A stretch of 64,000 nucleotides of DNA from Camelus ferus (lineage: Eukaryota). A program made the translations under genes and the position numbers. This document shows positions 50,834 through 62,317 of this stretch, piece after piece. Location of the stretch: positions 97,714,001 through 97,778,000 of the forward strand of contig NC_045696.1 of the NCBI RefSeq assembly GCF_009834535.1, given 5' to 3'. The notes beneath the pieces are model-generated. The model was not told the origin of the DNA. It saw only the letters and a program-made list of their open reading frames with translations, and did not search any database. How positions within the stretch are numbered: position 1 is the stretch's first letter; every line of letters starts with the position of its first letter.

Positions 50834-50934
50834 GTAGGTCCTCCGGCTCCGGGGTTGGGGGGGTGGGGAGGGGGTTCCCGAGGCACAGCCGTGGACGCAA
50901 CGCGCCTCACTCCCGGGGTTTCTCCTTTCCCTAG

Positions 50935-51080
50935 ATGCTGTCTTCTATCCTGGCTGCTCTCGTTGGAATTACAGGATCTGGCTACTGCGTCATCGTGGCA
51001 GCGCTGGGCTTAGCGGAAGGACCAGTGTGCCTTGATAACACCGGCCAGTGGAACTACACCTTTGCCAACACGGAGGGGCA
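50935..51080 (+). CDS. TM4SF1: TM4SF1 coding exon 3 (aa 90-138; TM3 and start of the large extracellular loop)
   Basis: Acceptor tctcctttccctag|ATG. Translates [48 protein letters not shown] plus 2 nt (CA). 146 nt, donor CA|GTAAGT (phase 2). Contains the N129 sequon NYT. Confidence 0.97.
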
Positions 51081-51294
51081 GTAAGTATTGTCCCCCATCC
51101 GGTGGCACATTCTTACCCACCACGTGTGTATAGTGCTAAACCCATCAAACGAAAAAGTATCAATCATCCAGTCATCTATCCACTCAACCTATTTTATTAT
51201 TCTCACAGACTCAGGCACAATCTAGGCACTGGGTGTGGCAGGATGGAGGCTCTGTCCCTGACCTGGGGAAGCTTTTTAGTGGATTCACCCACTC

Positions 51295-51460
51295 AGTCCT
51301 CATGATAATCCCATGAGATGACTTCCACTGTTGCTCCCATTTTACAGATGAGGAAACAGAGGCACAGAGAGATGAAATAACTTATTCAAAGTCTCCCATT
51401 GCTAAGACATGGCAGTCAGGATTTGAACCCAGGCAGCCTGGCTGTAAAGTTTGTGCTTAT
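51295..51460 (-). mobile_element. MIR SINE in TM4SF1 intron 3
   Basis: MIR core CCCATTTTACAGATGAGGAAACAGAGGCACAGAGA...GGATTTGAACCCAGGCAG. Confidence 0.85.
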
Positions 51461-53474
51461 ATGGTGTGTATACTATGCCAGCACAATTGGCTGATTTTAC
51501 TACTTTATAAGAAAGTATTAGGGGATCTGTGTATAATATGGATGAAAACTATATGAATTTAACCAAAGCTCAGGTAAATCCTACTACCCCCAACCCCCAA
51601 ACATATGCACATATAGCATAATAACTATGCATAGCACACCCTTTATTTAAAATGACCAGGCTGTATAAGATAGGTCTTATTTATGACTTTAACATCAGGA
51701 AATTTAAGTGGCTCCATTGCTTTATGTTGGCATTCATGTCTTACCCATTACTGAGAAAAGAACAGAAGTAGCTGATAAAAACTGATGTACATAATCATAA
51801 ATGAATGACATCCTGTTTTGGATTATGGACGGTTTAGTCATGAGATTCATGAGTGAAGATATATGAATAATGAATTTGAATTGCTCTTATATTTTCAAGG
51901 ATGTTTGTCTCACCATGAATTATTTAGCACATAGTGAGGTCATGAGATCATGGATATAGAATTAGACCCGTGTTCAACCCCAGCTCTGCATTTACTCTCT
52001 CAGTAACCAAGAAAAAGTGAACTGAGCTTTCTGCACCTCTGTTATTCCGTCTGTAAAATCAAACCAATGGCAGTTGTCAGGAGGATTAATAAGATACTCT
52101 ATGTAAGGTAGTTGTCGCAGAAGCTGACACATGGTGAGCATTGCCATTAACTGTCAGTGTTAACTATTAGTTTACAATGAGGACAGCTCAATAGTCACTT
52201 CTGAAGGAAAATCAACACTTACAGGAGTTTGAAATTTTGGTGTTCACAGTTGCTATTGATCGTGATTTTTCAGATCATACTTTTCATACTTTGTTCAGAA
52301 CATACTGAATGGACCAGTAGAAACTGATTATTCATGTATGCACAAACATGCAAACTACTGCATAAACCCACCTTTAAAAAAGTTAAGATTAACGCAGCTG
52401 AAATCCGTGGAGAGGTGAGAGTATCACTAAATGCTTTTTAGAGCTGACTGTGAGCCCTTCCCTCCCGTGACCCACTCCAGCTTCTGCAAGAAGCGTCTAT
52501 GTCATTCCTCATTTCCACTTGTCCAGAGATTTCAATATGGGAATAACAAGCCAGTGATTTTTTTCCTCAATAGCCAACTGGGGCCAAAGAATTTTTCCTT
52601 GAATTTTTCCCACTGTTCCTTGAAATTATGGATTTTTGTTCCACTTATATGTAGAAATACAGGACCAGAAACACAGACTTTTAATTTTTTTAAATCAATG
52701 AATTAAATTTCTGACTGGCTCAGTGAACCATTCTAAAGTTAGGTCTCTAATTCCCAGTCCCTTTAATCAGTTGTGGCAGGAAGAAGTGATAAGGAAAGAA
52801 TTATAGCAGACCTCTTTGTGGAATTAAGTCAAGCCTAGATTTTCCCAGCTGATTGAATCCTATCTCATTAAGAATGAATACATATAATATATTCAAATAG
52901 TGACCCCAGTATGGTTTGCCAACATTTCACAAAGTGACAATGGATTGTTATTTATCATTTAATTACTTTTAAAATGTGTTACTTAGTGAATACTGGTCTA
53001 GGGGTTGGATATACAATAATGAGTAGGTCTGGTTCCTGCCTTATGGAGTTCAGAGCTGTGGAATAGACACATATGCAGCTGTTCTCTCTGGCCTAAGGAA
53101 GGTGTCCTTCCTCTGCGGCCCTTTGACACTGGGTTTACCTGATCAGTGAACTTGTCGAATTGACATTGCCTGCTAGTTCTTCTCTTAAGTTCTGTTCTTC
53201 CAGGACAGAGTCCATGCCATTATATCCCCAGCCTGGGCACCAGGTCTAACTCACACTGAGTGCTCGATAATCTTTGTGGAATTTTATGTTTTTCATTGCA
53301 ACAAGAGCTGGGCTGAATTCTTCATTTTGTGGAATGACTTGGAGTGGAAAAATCTAAGTCACTGAGTGAATATATTTCATTTTTTCTGAATGACAAAACC
53401 CTGTACAAAAAGTAGGCTTATGAGACTTCCCCGTGGATGTGACCGTGTGTCAAAGTTTCTCTTTTTATCCCCAG

Positions 53475-53655
53475 CTACCTTCTGGATAGCTCCACATGGT
53501 CCCAGTGCAAGGAACCCAAGCACGTTGTGGAATGGAATGTCTCTCTGTTTTCTATCCTCTTGGCACTTGGTGGAATTGAATTTATCTTGTGTCTCATTCA
53601 AGTAATAAATGGACTGCTTGGAGGCATATGTGGCTATTGCTGCTCTCGCCAACAG
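53475..53655 (+). CDS. TM4SF1: TM4SF1 coding exon 4 (aa 138-198; end of the extracellular loop, TM4)
   Basis: Acceptor ctttttatccccag|C. Translates (H)[60 protein letters not shown]. 181 nt, donor CAG|GTAAGA. Contains the N159 sequon NVS. Confidence 0.97.
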
Positions 53656-55536
53656 GTAAGAAGCTGTGAGAAATGTCAAAGCCTGGCCCTCGGGTATTCA
53701 GTTACCACCAGGCATCATTGTGTTCATCATAGAGAGAAAGGGCAAAATCCCCCCTCAACCTACCAGCATTTATTCCTACATCGTCTTTGCAGCAAAATAT
53801 TTACAGCACTCTGTTTTGCTCTCAGTAGTGAGCTTCCTTGAGTATGACTGTCACTGGGTTATCTTGGTTCTTTGTAGTTGCTCTCTGTATATAAGAAAAT
53901 GTCACCCAGAGACAAAGTGTCCCCCTCAGGACCTAACCTAGTGCCCCTTTCACTACCCCTGCTCTGGCTGCAGAGACATGAAAGAAGTGCCTTCTCTTTG
54001 CTTGTTCTCATGCCCCTAAATGATGTACACAAATAATAGGCAACATCCATTGCACTAGGCATTGCGCTCAGCCTTGGTGTCAGATGAGCCTGTGACACGG
54101 AGATGAAGCAATGCTTCTAAAATCATTTCATCAGGAAGCAACAGGCTTCAAACCCTGGGTCATTTAATGCCACAGCACCTGCTCTTAACCTGTGCACAAC
54201 AACACATGCTGTTCTGCTGGGTTTTCTGCGGTTCCTTCCTGATAAGGAGTCACAATAATGTCCCAACAGTTAAGCTTAGAGAATCACTAGCAGCCTTTGA
54301 ATAGCAGTTCATTCAAAGCCTTTCACTGTGAAAGAAAACCAGGAAGCACTTGTTTCCTGGGGATATGATTTCGAAGAGAAATATGCATTTGTTAGCAGCC
54401 GGGAAAGTTCTTGTTCCTTTATTCCCCTAAAATACATATATCACTGAACTGATGGAAGTCCAGTTTGGGTCCAATTTCAAGGGCTTTGTTTTATGTCTTA
54501 TTCTATAAAAGAGGATTAGGGAAACAATCCTTATTTAATTTGTATTTTCCTGACCATTTACTCTGCTGGCTCAAGGTTTCTGAACTTTCTTTGAAAATCA
54601 GGCAGAATCTAATGAAAACTAAAAAGCCCATTGCTACCGTGAAAAACTCAGCTGTAAATAAATGGAAACTTTCTATCATTTTTTGAGGGGAAGCTAAAAT
54701 AAAAATCTAGTTTTCCTTATCAGGCCAGCACAGCAAGATTAATAATTGCCTTGGGGGCCTGCCAAATTTCCAAGAAAACAAGAGTGGGAAACCTTCAATA
54801 TGGAGTTGTTTCCAGGCAGTATGGCTGGGGAGAGGCAGAGGAGAGTGCTCCTGGGATTACTGTAAAACAATCTATTTTTAGCCTTGAATTTCCTACAAGG
54901 CAGAGTTTAAATTAGGTGGAATTCAGCGCTTGTGCATTTTGGGGACAGGCATCATGTGTCAATGACCAAAATTGCTGTAGTGGTTTGGCAGAATGATACT
55001 CTCCTCTGAGTTCGGGGGAGTGGGGCGGACCAGTAGTCCCACTGGGTTTCCCATCTGAGTCTCAGTAGACATGGCTTCTTCCCAGACACTGCAGGGCAGA
55101 TCTGTTACATTTGTTTGTAAGACAAAAGACTGTTTCAAAGAGCAAGCTTTTCAGTGTACCTGAGTCAAATCTGTAACCTGGAAGCATTTCATTCAAATGC
55201 TGAGCTGGCTCCAGTATAAAACTCCCATGGCATTAGCTCTTAAAACCCTGAGATTAAAAACCCACCCCGAGTATATTCAAGGCCAACCAAGCATTGTAAG
55301 CTGTGGTTTCCATGAACCCTTTCTGCAGCTTTCACTTGGGAAGGACAATGGTCTGGTTTGATTAAGTAACATTTTGTGAGCATCGTCTAAGCTCCCAGTG
55401 TTGTTCCCCAAACCGCTGCTGCAGCTGAGACCAGTCTGCTTTATGTTTGCTAAAAACAGGAATGTAAAGCACTGAAATGTCATTGTTGTTTGTTAAGCCT
55501 GAACAAAACCTGATGCATATTTCATTTTCATTACAG

Positions 55537-55551
55537 CAATACGACTGCTAA
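55537..55551 (+). CDS. TM4SF1: TM4SF1 coding part of exon 5 (QYDC-stop)
   Basis: Acceptor ttcattttcattacag|CAA TAC GAC TGC TAA. Total CDS 177+90+146+181+15 = 609 nt = 202 aa plus stop, matching the known TM4SF1 length and its YDC C-terminus. Confidence 0.95.
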   Translation, partial: QYDC

Positions 55552-56405
55552 GAGAACCACTCCAAGACAGAACCACAATCTTCCTCGATGTCACTGTAAT
55601 TTATATATTTTACTTGTATTAATTTGTAAAACTTTGTACTAGTGTATTATACGCCACATGTTCTACTTTTATAAGTGTGTATAAAGACTGGCATCCTCAC
55701 GTGTTGTCAGTGTTCGAACGTAGCAATCAAACTTTTTTAGGAATTAGAAAATAAAACACACTCTGGAGGTAGTTTACTGACTGAGTGACAGTTCTCAGAC
55801 TATCTGAGATAAACTCTGGTCTGAAGTAATGTTTTTGAGAAACATTACAAGGATAAAACCACATTCCAATGGCTATTGTATATATTTATATGTGCATGTG
55901 TTTATTAAATGAAAGATTTCTAGTTGCTTTTTGTAAGACCATGGAGGAGAAAATATGACCACCTGAAAAGATTTATTTTCTCACTGTTTATATGGTGTTT
56001 CCCAGTCATATGCCTGCAAATCTTTAGAAAGTGGCCTTTTGAACTGTTTCGTGTTCTGAAAGAGACAGATACTTCCCCAGAATCGGAGAACAGATTGCGA
56101 ATGCTCGAAGCCAAACGAACGAGTCAGAACATGCGATACGGCGAGTTGTTACAGGGACTGCCAGACCCTACATTTTCCTAACACATGGGAAGCTCTTTGT
56201 CCTTCAAAGACAAGACTAAGGACCATGTATTTAAAAAGGGAAAGGCCTGGATAACTGGACAAGAAGAAAGATGGGAAATGGAATAAAGCAGTTGATCAGC
56301 ATCATGGGAAAATGGGGGCGAAGGGGAGGGGGACCATGAGGAAATACTCCCTCCAAATTTGCTTGTTTTAAATACAACAGAATAAAGTATTCACTACCAT
56401 TGTGT
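55552..56405 (+). other. TM4SF1: TM4SF1 3' UTR (long form)
   Basis: AU-rich sequence after the stop with no obvious repeat, running to the AATAAA at 56381. The end position is inferred. Confidence 0.65.
55904..55935 (+). terminator. TM4SF1: Candidate proximal polyadenylation signal
   Basis: ATTAAA at 55904-55909, with TGTA upstream (~55877) and U/GU-rich GTTGCTTTTTGT downstream. Confidence 0.55.
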
Positions 56406-56430
56406 TGTTTAGTTTCATTGTCCTTTGTTT
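56381..56430 (+). terminator. TM4SF1: Distal polyadenylation signal with GU-rich downstream element
   Basis: AATAAA at 56381-56386, followed about 15 nt later by TGTGTTGTTTAGTTTCATTGTCCTTTGTTT. Confidence 0.7.
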
Positions 56431-56826
56431 CAAGTTCCTCCTTTTTTTTTTTTTTTTTTTTTTTCAGTCTGCAGGTTGTACAGCCCCTATTGCTAAGGGC
56501 TTTGTTCTTCTGGCTTCTTTATTACACTTTCTCTTCTGCATCCTCTCCCTCCTTGTCTGCCCTCCTCAGCTGGCCATGCACTGACTTTGCTCTGCCGTCC
56601 CTTGGGGCCATCACTCTAGTTGGCAACTTTCCTTTCCACTGGGTGCTACAGACATCCGGCTCCTGGGGAAGGTCACAGACATTTTCTCTCTTGATGTTTT
56701 ACATCTGTTGTACAGAGGGAGGCCCTCTCAAGTGACAGGATCCTCTGACCTAGTGGGGATTGTCTACAGACATTGTCTGCTTTTGACCGGCGCAACAGAC
56801 AAGTGAGTTCACAAAGAAGTTCCCTA

Positions 56827-56950
56827 GGGGGAGGTATAGCTCAGGTAGAGCACGTGCCTAGCATGCATGGGGTCTTGGGTTCAATCCCTAGTACCTCCAT
56901 TTAAATAAATAAGTAAATAAACCTAATTACTCCTCCGCAACCCCCCAAAA
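56827..56950 (+). mobile_element. tRNA-derived SINE (vic-1-like), long form
   Basis: GGGGGAGGTATAGCTCAGGTAGAG...GGGTTCAATCCCTAGTACCTCCATTTAAATAAAT...ACCTAATTAC. Degenerate TSD AAGTTCCCTA / AAGCTCCCCTA. Confidence 0.9.
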
Positions 56951-57029
56951 AAAGCTCCCCTACCTATGAGTTAGCAGAGCCCCTCCTGAGAGTGAGGTCT
57001 CCTAATTGAAGAGTTCTCATCTTTCTTGT

Positions 57030-57535
57030 GCCTCCATCAAAGCTTACAGACTCCGGTGAAGAATATTGTTTAAAATGCAAATAACAAAGGGCATAGGATG
57101 ACAAAGTAAACCAATTTATCCGAATATTTAATTATAATATAGTTGTCTTGGTGGCCAGTTCCACCATGCCAACATCTGCAGACAGGAAAACAGGGATCAC
57201 ATGTGATCCAGCAGCGGGCTGATGAGTCGGGGATCTAAGAACTACTGTACTTTTGAAATATGATTCCAACTGAAATATTTTGAGGTATGTGCAACAATTT
57301 TCATGTGATATGAAGAGATAAGTAATTTTGTATTGTTGACCAAAGTATGGTCAGCATCGCTCACAGTGCTGTGATTTGCTGCATGCTGTCATAATAAAGG
57401 AAATACTAAATTTTCGTTAGAGGTTAATAAAAACAATGGCAAATTTTTTTTTCCCATCCAATTTAACCCCCTACCCTCCAGATATCTATCCATGGGCCTC
57501 TTAGGAGTTCTGGGACATCAGGTTAAGAACCCTTG
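57030..57535 (+). mobile_element. hAT-Charlie non-autonomous element (Charlie4a-like)
   Basis: Homologous to 32160-32610. Ends CAGGTTAAGAACCCTTG, a Charlie-type terminus. Confidence 0.6.
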
Positions 57536-60499
57536 CAACAGAGGATCCGAAAAAGAGGTATAATGACCAGTCATAAGCACTTTTTTCCTCCTAAAGCTAT
57601 CCTCAGAAGAAAAGGTGGTAATAATTATTATCCATGATAGTACTAATAACTATTGAGTTCATCTCTGTGTCAATTACCATACTCAAGTTTCTATGCTGAA
57701 ATCTTTCAATAGACCTAGAAGGAGGCACTTGTCTCCACTTAACAGAGTCAAAGATCAGAGAGGTTAAGTAGTCCCACAGAGGTTAAGGTTAAGCCCGAGG
57801 CTACCTCTTTAGCAAGTAAAAAAGCTATCATTGAACCCAGGTCAGTCTAACACAAAAACCCACTTCTCTCCTGGCCCCTCCACTCCTCTGCTGCTCTGCC
57901 CCGGTGCTGGGGTGTTGTCCCCACCAGCGCTGGAACTCAGACTCTCCACCCGCTGAACAGTGAGAGTCCCATTTGAGAGTCCCCTGTGACCCTCAATCGT
58001 TCCCTTTCCAGAGTCCAAATTTGAGAGACTCAAAGTCTACCCTAGTTTGTAAATCCCTTAACAGTAGACATTGCCACTGTCCGGAGGAAATAGCTGACAC
58101 GAATTCCCTTCTGTCCTGGTTTATTTCTATTCATAGCTCACACCATTGGTCTGCAATATTCTAAACCCGTCAATTTGGCCGGGAATTTCCTCGGGGGTTG
58201 TACCGAGACGGCTCATTATCACCCGGCAACATAAAAACAAAAATTCCTGTAGAATCTGAATCACCTGAATAGCACACATGGCCTCAAGGTTAGATAATTC
58301 CCTCTGAGTGTCATTTTTACAGTAATTACCAAATTTTCCAATCACCCTTTACAGTAAAGAAAACTCTTGAATTGAGATCTAAGGAAACTGATGGAATGGT
58401 ATCTTCACTACAATTTGGTTTTTGTATGTGTGTGAGGTCGCCTGGATTGTGTTTCCAGGCCTGGGATTTGGCGCAACTTTTCAGAAAAGCAACAACCTAT
58501 AAAGTCTGCCCATCCTTTTGACCCAATATTTTTACTTTTAGAAAAATATTTTAAGAGAATCATCAAGTATGTTCAGTTTCCAGGGATAATTTTGGGAGCA
58601 TTGTTTATACCAAATGAAATGACAAGAGCCTAAATGTCTGACAACGAGGAACTGGTTTGATAAAATGTAGTCAGCACAATAAAAAATTACGCATATTTAT
58701 ATTTATAACATATGTATATATACACTAAAAAGTAATTTGGATAAGATTCTGGGTGATTTTTGTTTTGATGCATTTTGCTTATCTATACTTACAGAAGTGT
58801 CTCCAATAAACACAGGTGACTTTTGGAGAGAAAACAAAAACAATAAAAGAAAGATTCAGTCCTCAAATCATTCAGGGAGTGTCCCGCAGTCTAAAGGAAA
58901 CTCCCCAAGTGTATGAGAAAACCATTGTTCTTGTGGGTGAACAGAGGAGTCCTTCTACGGTAGAAACTGGAGAATAATTGTGTCTGCAATTAGGCAGAGG
59001 AATGGGCCAGGTGAGACGGGCAGGAACCACAGGCTAAAAATACTATGGAGAGGCAGTAATTCCCACTCTGTGTTTGGGAAATGTAGGGACATGGTATCTA
59101 CTTAGTCTAACAACTAAATGATATTTTTATAAACATCAGATATGTATCTGTTTTTTTCACTTAAAAACTGATCGTAATGAAATATCTTTACTTTGAGCAT
59201 TGGCCCTTTATCAGGGCATTTTGTAGCAAAGCCTGAATTTTTCTCATTTTACTTTTCTGAGTGGAGAGAAGGCTTAACAACAGAGTGGGTTTACAGGACT
59301 TGGCCCAGCCTGCTTTGTGAAAATGATCCAACGTGTCTTAACAAGGAGAGGAATTGAGTTACCCACCCTCGGCTGGTACAAACTGTTCCTCCTTCCCTTT
59401 TCACGTGAAATATTTTTGTGTGTGCATATTTGTCAATTTAGATACTTATTTTGATGACTCTGCAGTGACAGAAGTCTACTAGGCTTTTCTGGAGCTAGAC
59501 TTCATGTTAATTTCTGGAAATGATCAATCAATCTCTCTTTTTCTTCCCCCCTCTCTCTCTCTTACACGCACACACTCACCACACAAACACACACACTTTT
59601 GTACTACATAGCATTTTAAAAGAACGACTACTGCAAATGAGACAATATGGGTGAATCTCAAGTAATGAGAATGGAAACCATCTATACTGTCCCTTCTCCC
59701 AATTTTATAGACACAACTCTGGATGTAATGTTGACTGATGTAGCTAAATCCTTAAAATAGAGAAAGAGGTGGTGAGTCCCCCTATGCCCTATTCCACACA
59801 CTAGGTCTTTAAAGGAGAAACTCTAGTTCCCCAAGAGGGGCTATTTCAAGATGTTTATATTCACAAGTTGCATCCTGGGCATGGAAGATTCTGTGTGAAG
59901 TATTCCACTTGCTAATTCTCACCACAACCTTCTTTGTTACATGTGTACAAATAATCACTGATTCATGTGCACGGTTCAGGGCCAATTGCAATGACCCGTC
60001 ATGTCTCAGATGTAGACAAAGCCTAGGATGGTTTGAAACCAAAACCAAGGTCACCAGGTTGGGCTCTCTCTGAATACCCAACTCCATGTTGTTTAAGGAA
60101 ACCTGTTAACTAATATAGTCGTTCTAAAACTACAGTCAGCTCTCCCCATGATCTTTGACACCTATTACATTTTTAAACATTTAAAAAATCTTTTAAAAAC
60201 CACTTTTCTTACAGGCAGTAAAATGCACAGAAAAATGTATAACTCAATAAGTTTTACATATGTTTATACACATGTCATCACCATGGAGATCAAAAGCCAG
60301 GACATGTCCAGCACCCAGAAACCTCTCTCAGGTCCACTCGCAGGCAACAGGCACCCCGCTACCACTACACTCCCCCAGAGTAACTACAGTTCTGATTTCC
60401 ATTAGCATACGTTAGTTTTGCCTTTTCCTGAACTTAATATAAATTGATTCATAAAGCATGTTCTCTTTTGTGTCTGGTTTTTCTCACTAAACATTAAGC

Positions 60500-60995
60500 T
60501 ATTGAATGCTGGCTCCAGAAATACTACCGGAATAATCTGTTTGTAAGACAAAACTGGGTGTATTGCTTCCTGCTGTCGGGGGGAACACCACCGTGAAGGA
60601 GTTTTGGTAGCGTGTCGGAGAGGGAGGGAAAAAGTTGAATTTGAGATTTTGATTCTGGTTTAAGGTGAGTCTTTTGATGGGAGAGCTTCAACAGGATTAA
60701 TAAGGATTATGATATCTTTTAGGATTGATGGGAACAGCAAAGCAAGGATTTTGAGGTGAGAGGTGCAAAGACCCTCAAGATGTAAACTGTTGATGTTTCT
60801 ATTGAAGAGATGTCTTTCCAGAAGTTCTGATAATGAACAATAAAGTTATTTTCCTGGGCAACAGCATCCCGGAGTAGTAAAGCTATGATAGCAAAGACTG
60901 TGGAATGATCACATCACAACAGACAGTGAGCCTTGGAGCGGTTTATGGTTTCAGTCCTCTGTGTCCAAGCTGAGGGGGATGGTTTCAGTTTGCAA
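60500..60995 (-). mobile_element. Probable ERV1-type solo LTR interrupting an old L1 (60180-61200)
   Basis: L1 sequence breaks at ~60497 (CTCACTAAACATTAAG) and resumes at ~60995 (ATGTTTTTGAAAGTCATG). The intervening ~500 bp looks LTR-like. Confidence 0.5.
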
Positions 60996-61483
60996 TGTTT
61001 TTGAAAGTCATGTGTGTTGTCTCATACGGCAGTAGTTTACTCATTTCATTTGCTGTATAGTGTTCCATTGTTTGAATATACCACAGTGTGTTTACCCATA
61101 GTTCTATGAATGGATATTTAGGTTGTTTCCAGGAAACACGTTTCTATGATCATTCTTGTACGTGGTTTTTGGTGCATATAAGAACCTATTAATGTAGGTT
61201 TGTTTGGTTTTACCTTGTTAAGGATTCAAACTACCAATGGAGATTCTTTTGTTGTGCTTTAGTTAGCATCTCATTGGCCTAGCAATCCCGCCAGGGGATT
61301 GTCAGTCACTCACTGTTCAATATTTCTGGACTGCACGTTGTGTGCCCTGCACTGCACAGGGTGCTGAAGACACAGCCGACAACAAGATTTTCCAAACTCC
61401 AGGAGGCAGAGCCTTGACTGTGCTGCTCACTCTGCATCCCCAGCTCGTAGAGTAGAGCCTGGCATGTAGCAGGTGCTCGTGAT

Positions 61484-61706
61484 CAGGGGTCAGCAAGCTA
61501 TGGCTCACGGGCCAGTCTGCTCTGCTGTCTGTTTTTGTGACTAGAGTCATGGGAACACAGCCACGCTCACTTGCTTACATACTGTCTATGGGTGCTTTTC
61601 AGGTACAATGGCAGAACTGAGCAGTTGGGACAGTGAACATATCTGTCCCACAAAGCCTTAAATATTTACTATCTGGCCCTTTAAAGAAAGAGTTTGCTGA
61701 ACTTTA
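61484..61706 (+). mobile_element. MER58A-like hAT-Charlie MITE
   Basis: CAGGGGTCAGCAAGCTATGGC...AAATATTTACTATCTGGCCCTTTAAAGAAAGAGTTTGCTGA, with degenerate terminal inverted repeats. Confidence 0.85.
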
Positions 61707-61889
61707 GCTTAGCTGGCCATTTGCCTAGCTAAAAATGGATACTTCTATTATAATGGAAAAAGAGAAGAATGGGTATTTTTGTTATTTTTAAGCTTATTAT
61801 GAAAATTTTTGAAAAATTTGTTAAGAAACAGAGAGAAAAAAGTGAATCTGACTTGCCTACCACGCAGCTGAGAAAGTGGACATTAGGGG

Positions 61890-62317
61890 GTGCATCAGTT
61901 TACTAGGGCTGCCGCAACCAAGCACCACGAACCGGGCAGCTTAGAACAGCAGAAACTACCGTCTCACAGTTCTGGAGGCCAGAAGTTTGATATCAAGGGG
62001 CCAGCAGGGTCCTGCTCCCTCTGAAGGGCTGCTCTGGGCCTCTAACCTGGCTTCTGGTAGCCTCAGGCACTTCCGGGCTTGTGCAAGGCCTTCTTCTCCC
62101 TGTGTCTCTTCACATCGTCCTGTGCACGTCTGAGTCCAAATTTCCCTTTTTTATAAGGACACCAGTTGTATTGCATTGGGGCCTGCCCTAATGATTCCAT
62201 TTTTTAACTTGATTACCTCTATAAAGTCTGTATTTCCAAATAGGGTCACATTCTGAGGTGCTAGGTATTCAGACGTCAGCATATATTTTTTGCAGGCGAC
62301 ACAATTCAACCTAGAAC
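61890..62317 (-). mobile_element. MaLR LTR (MLT1A/B/C-type)
   Basis: AGGGCTGCCGCAACCAAGCACCAC...TCTCACAGTTCTGGAGGCCAGAAG...GTCACATTCTGAGGT...GACACAATTCAACC. Confidence 0.85.

Noticed and set aside
50714..51013. 99-aa ORF as a separate gene
   Set aside because: It is TM4SF1 exon 2 plus intron 2 plus out-of-frame exon 3.
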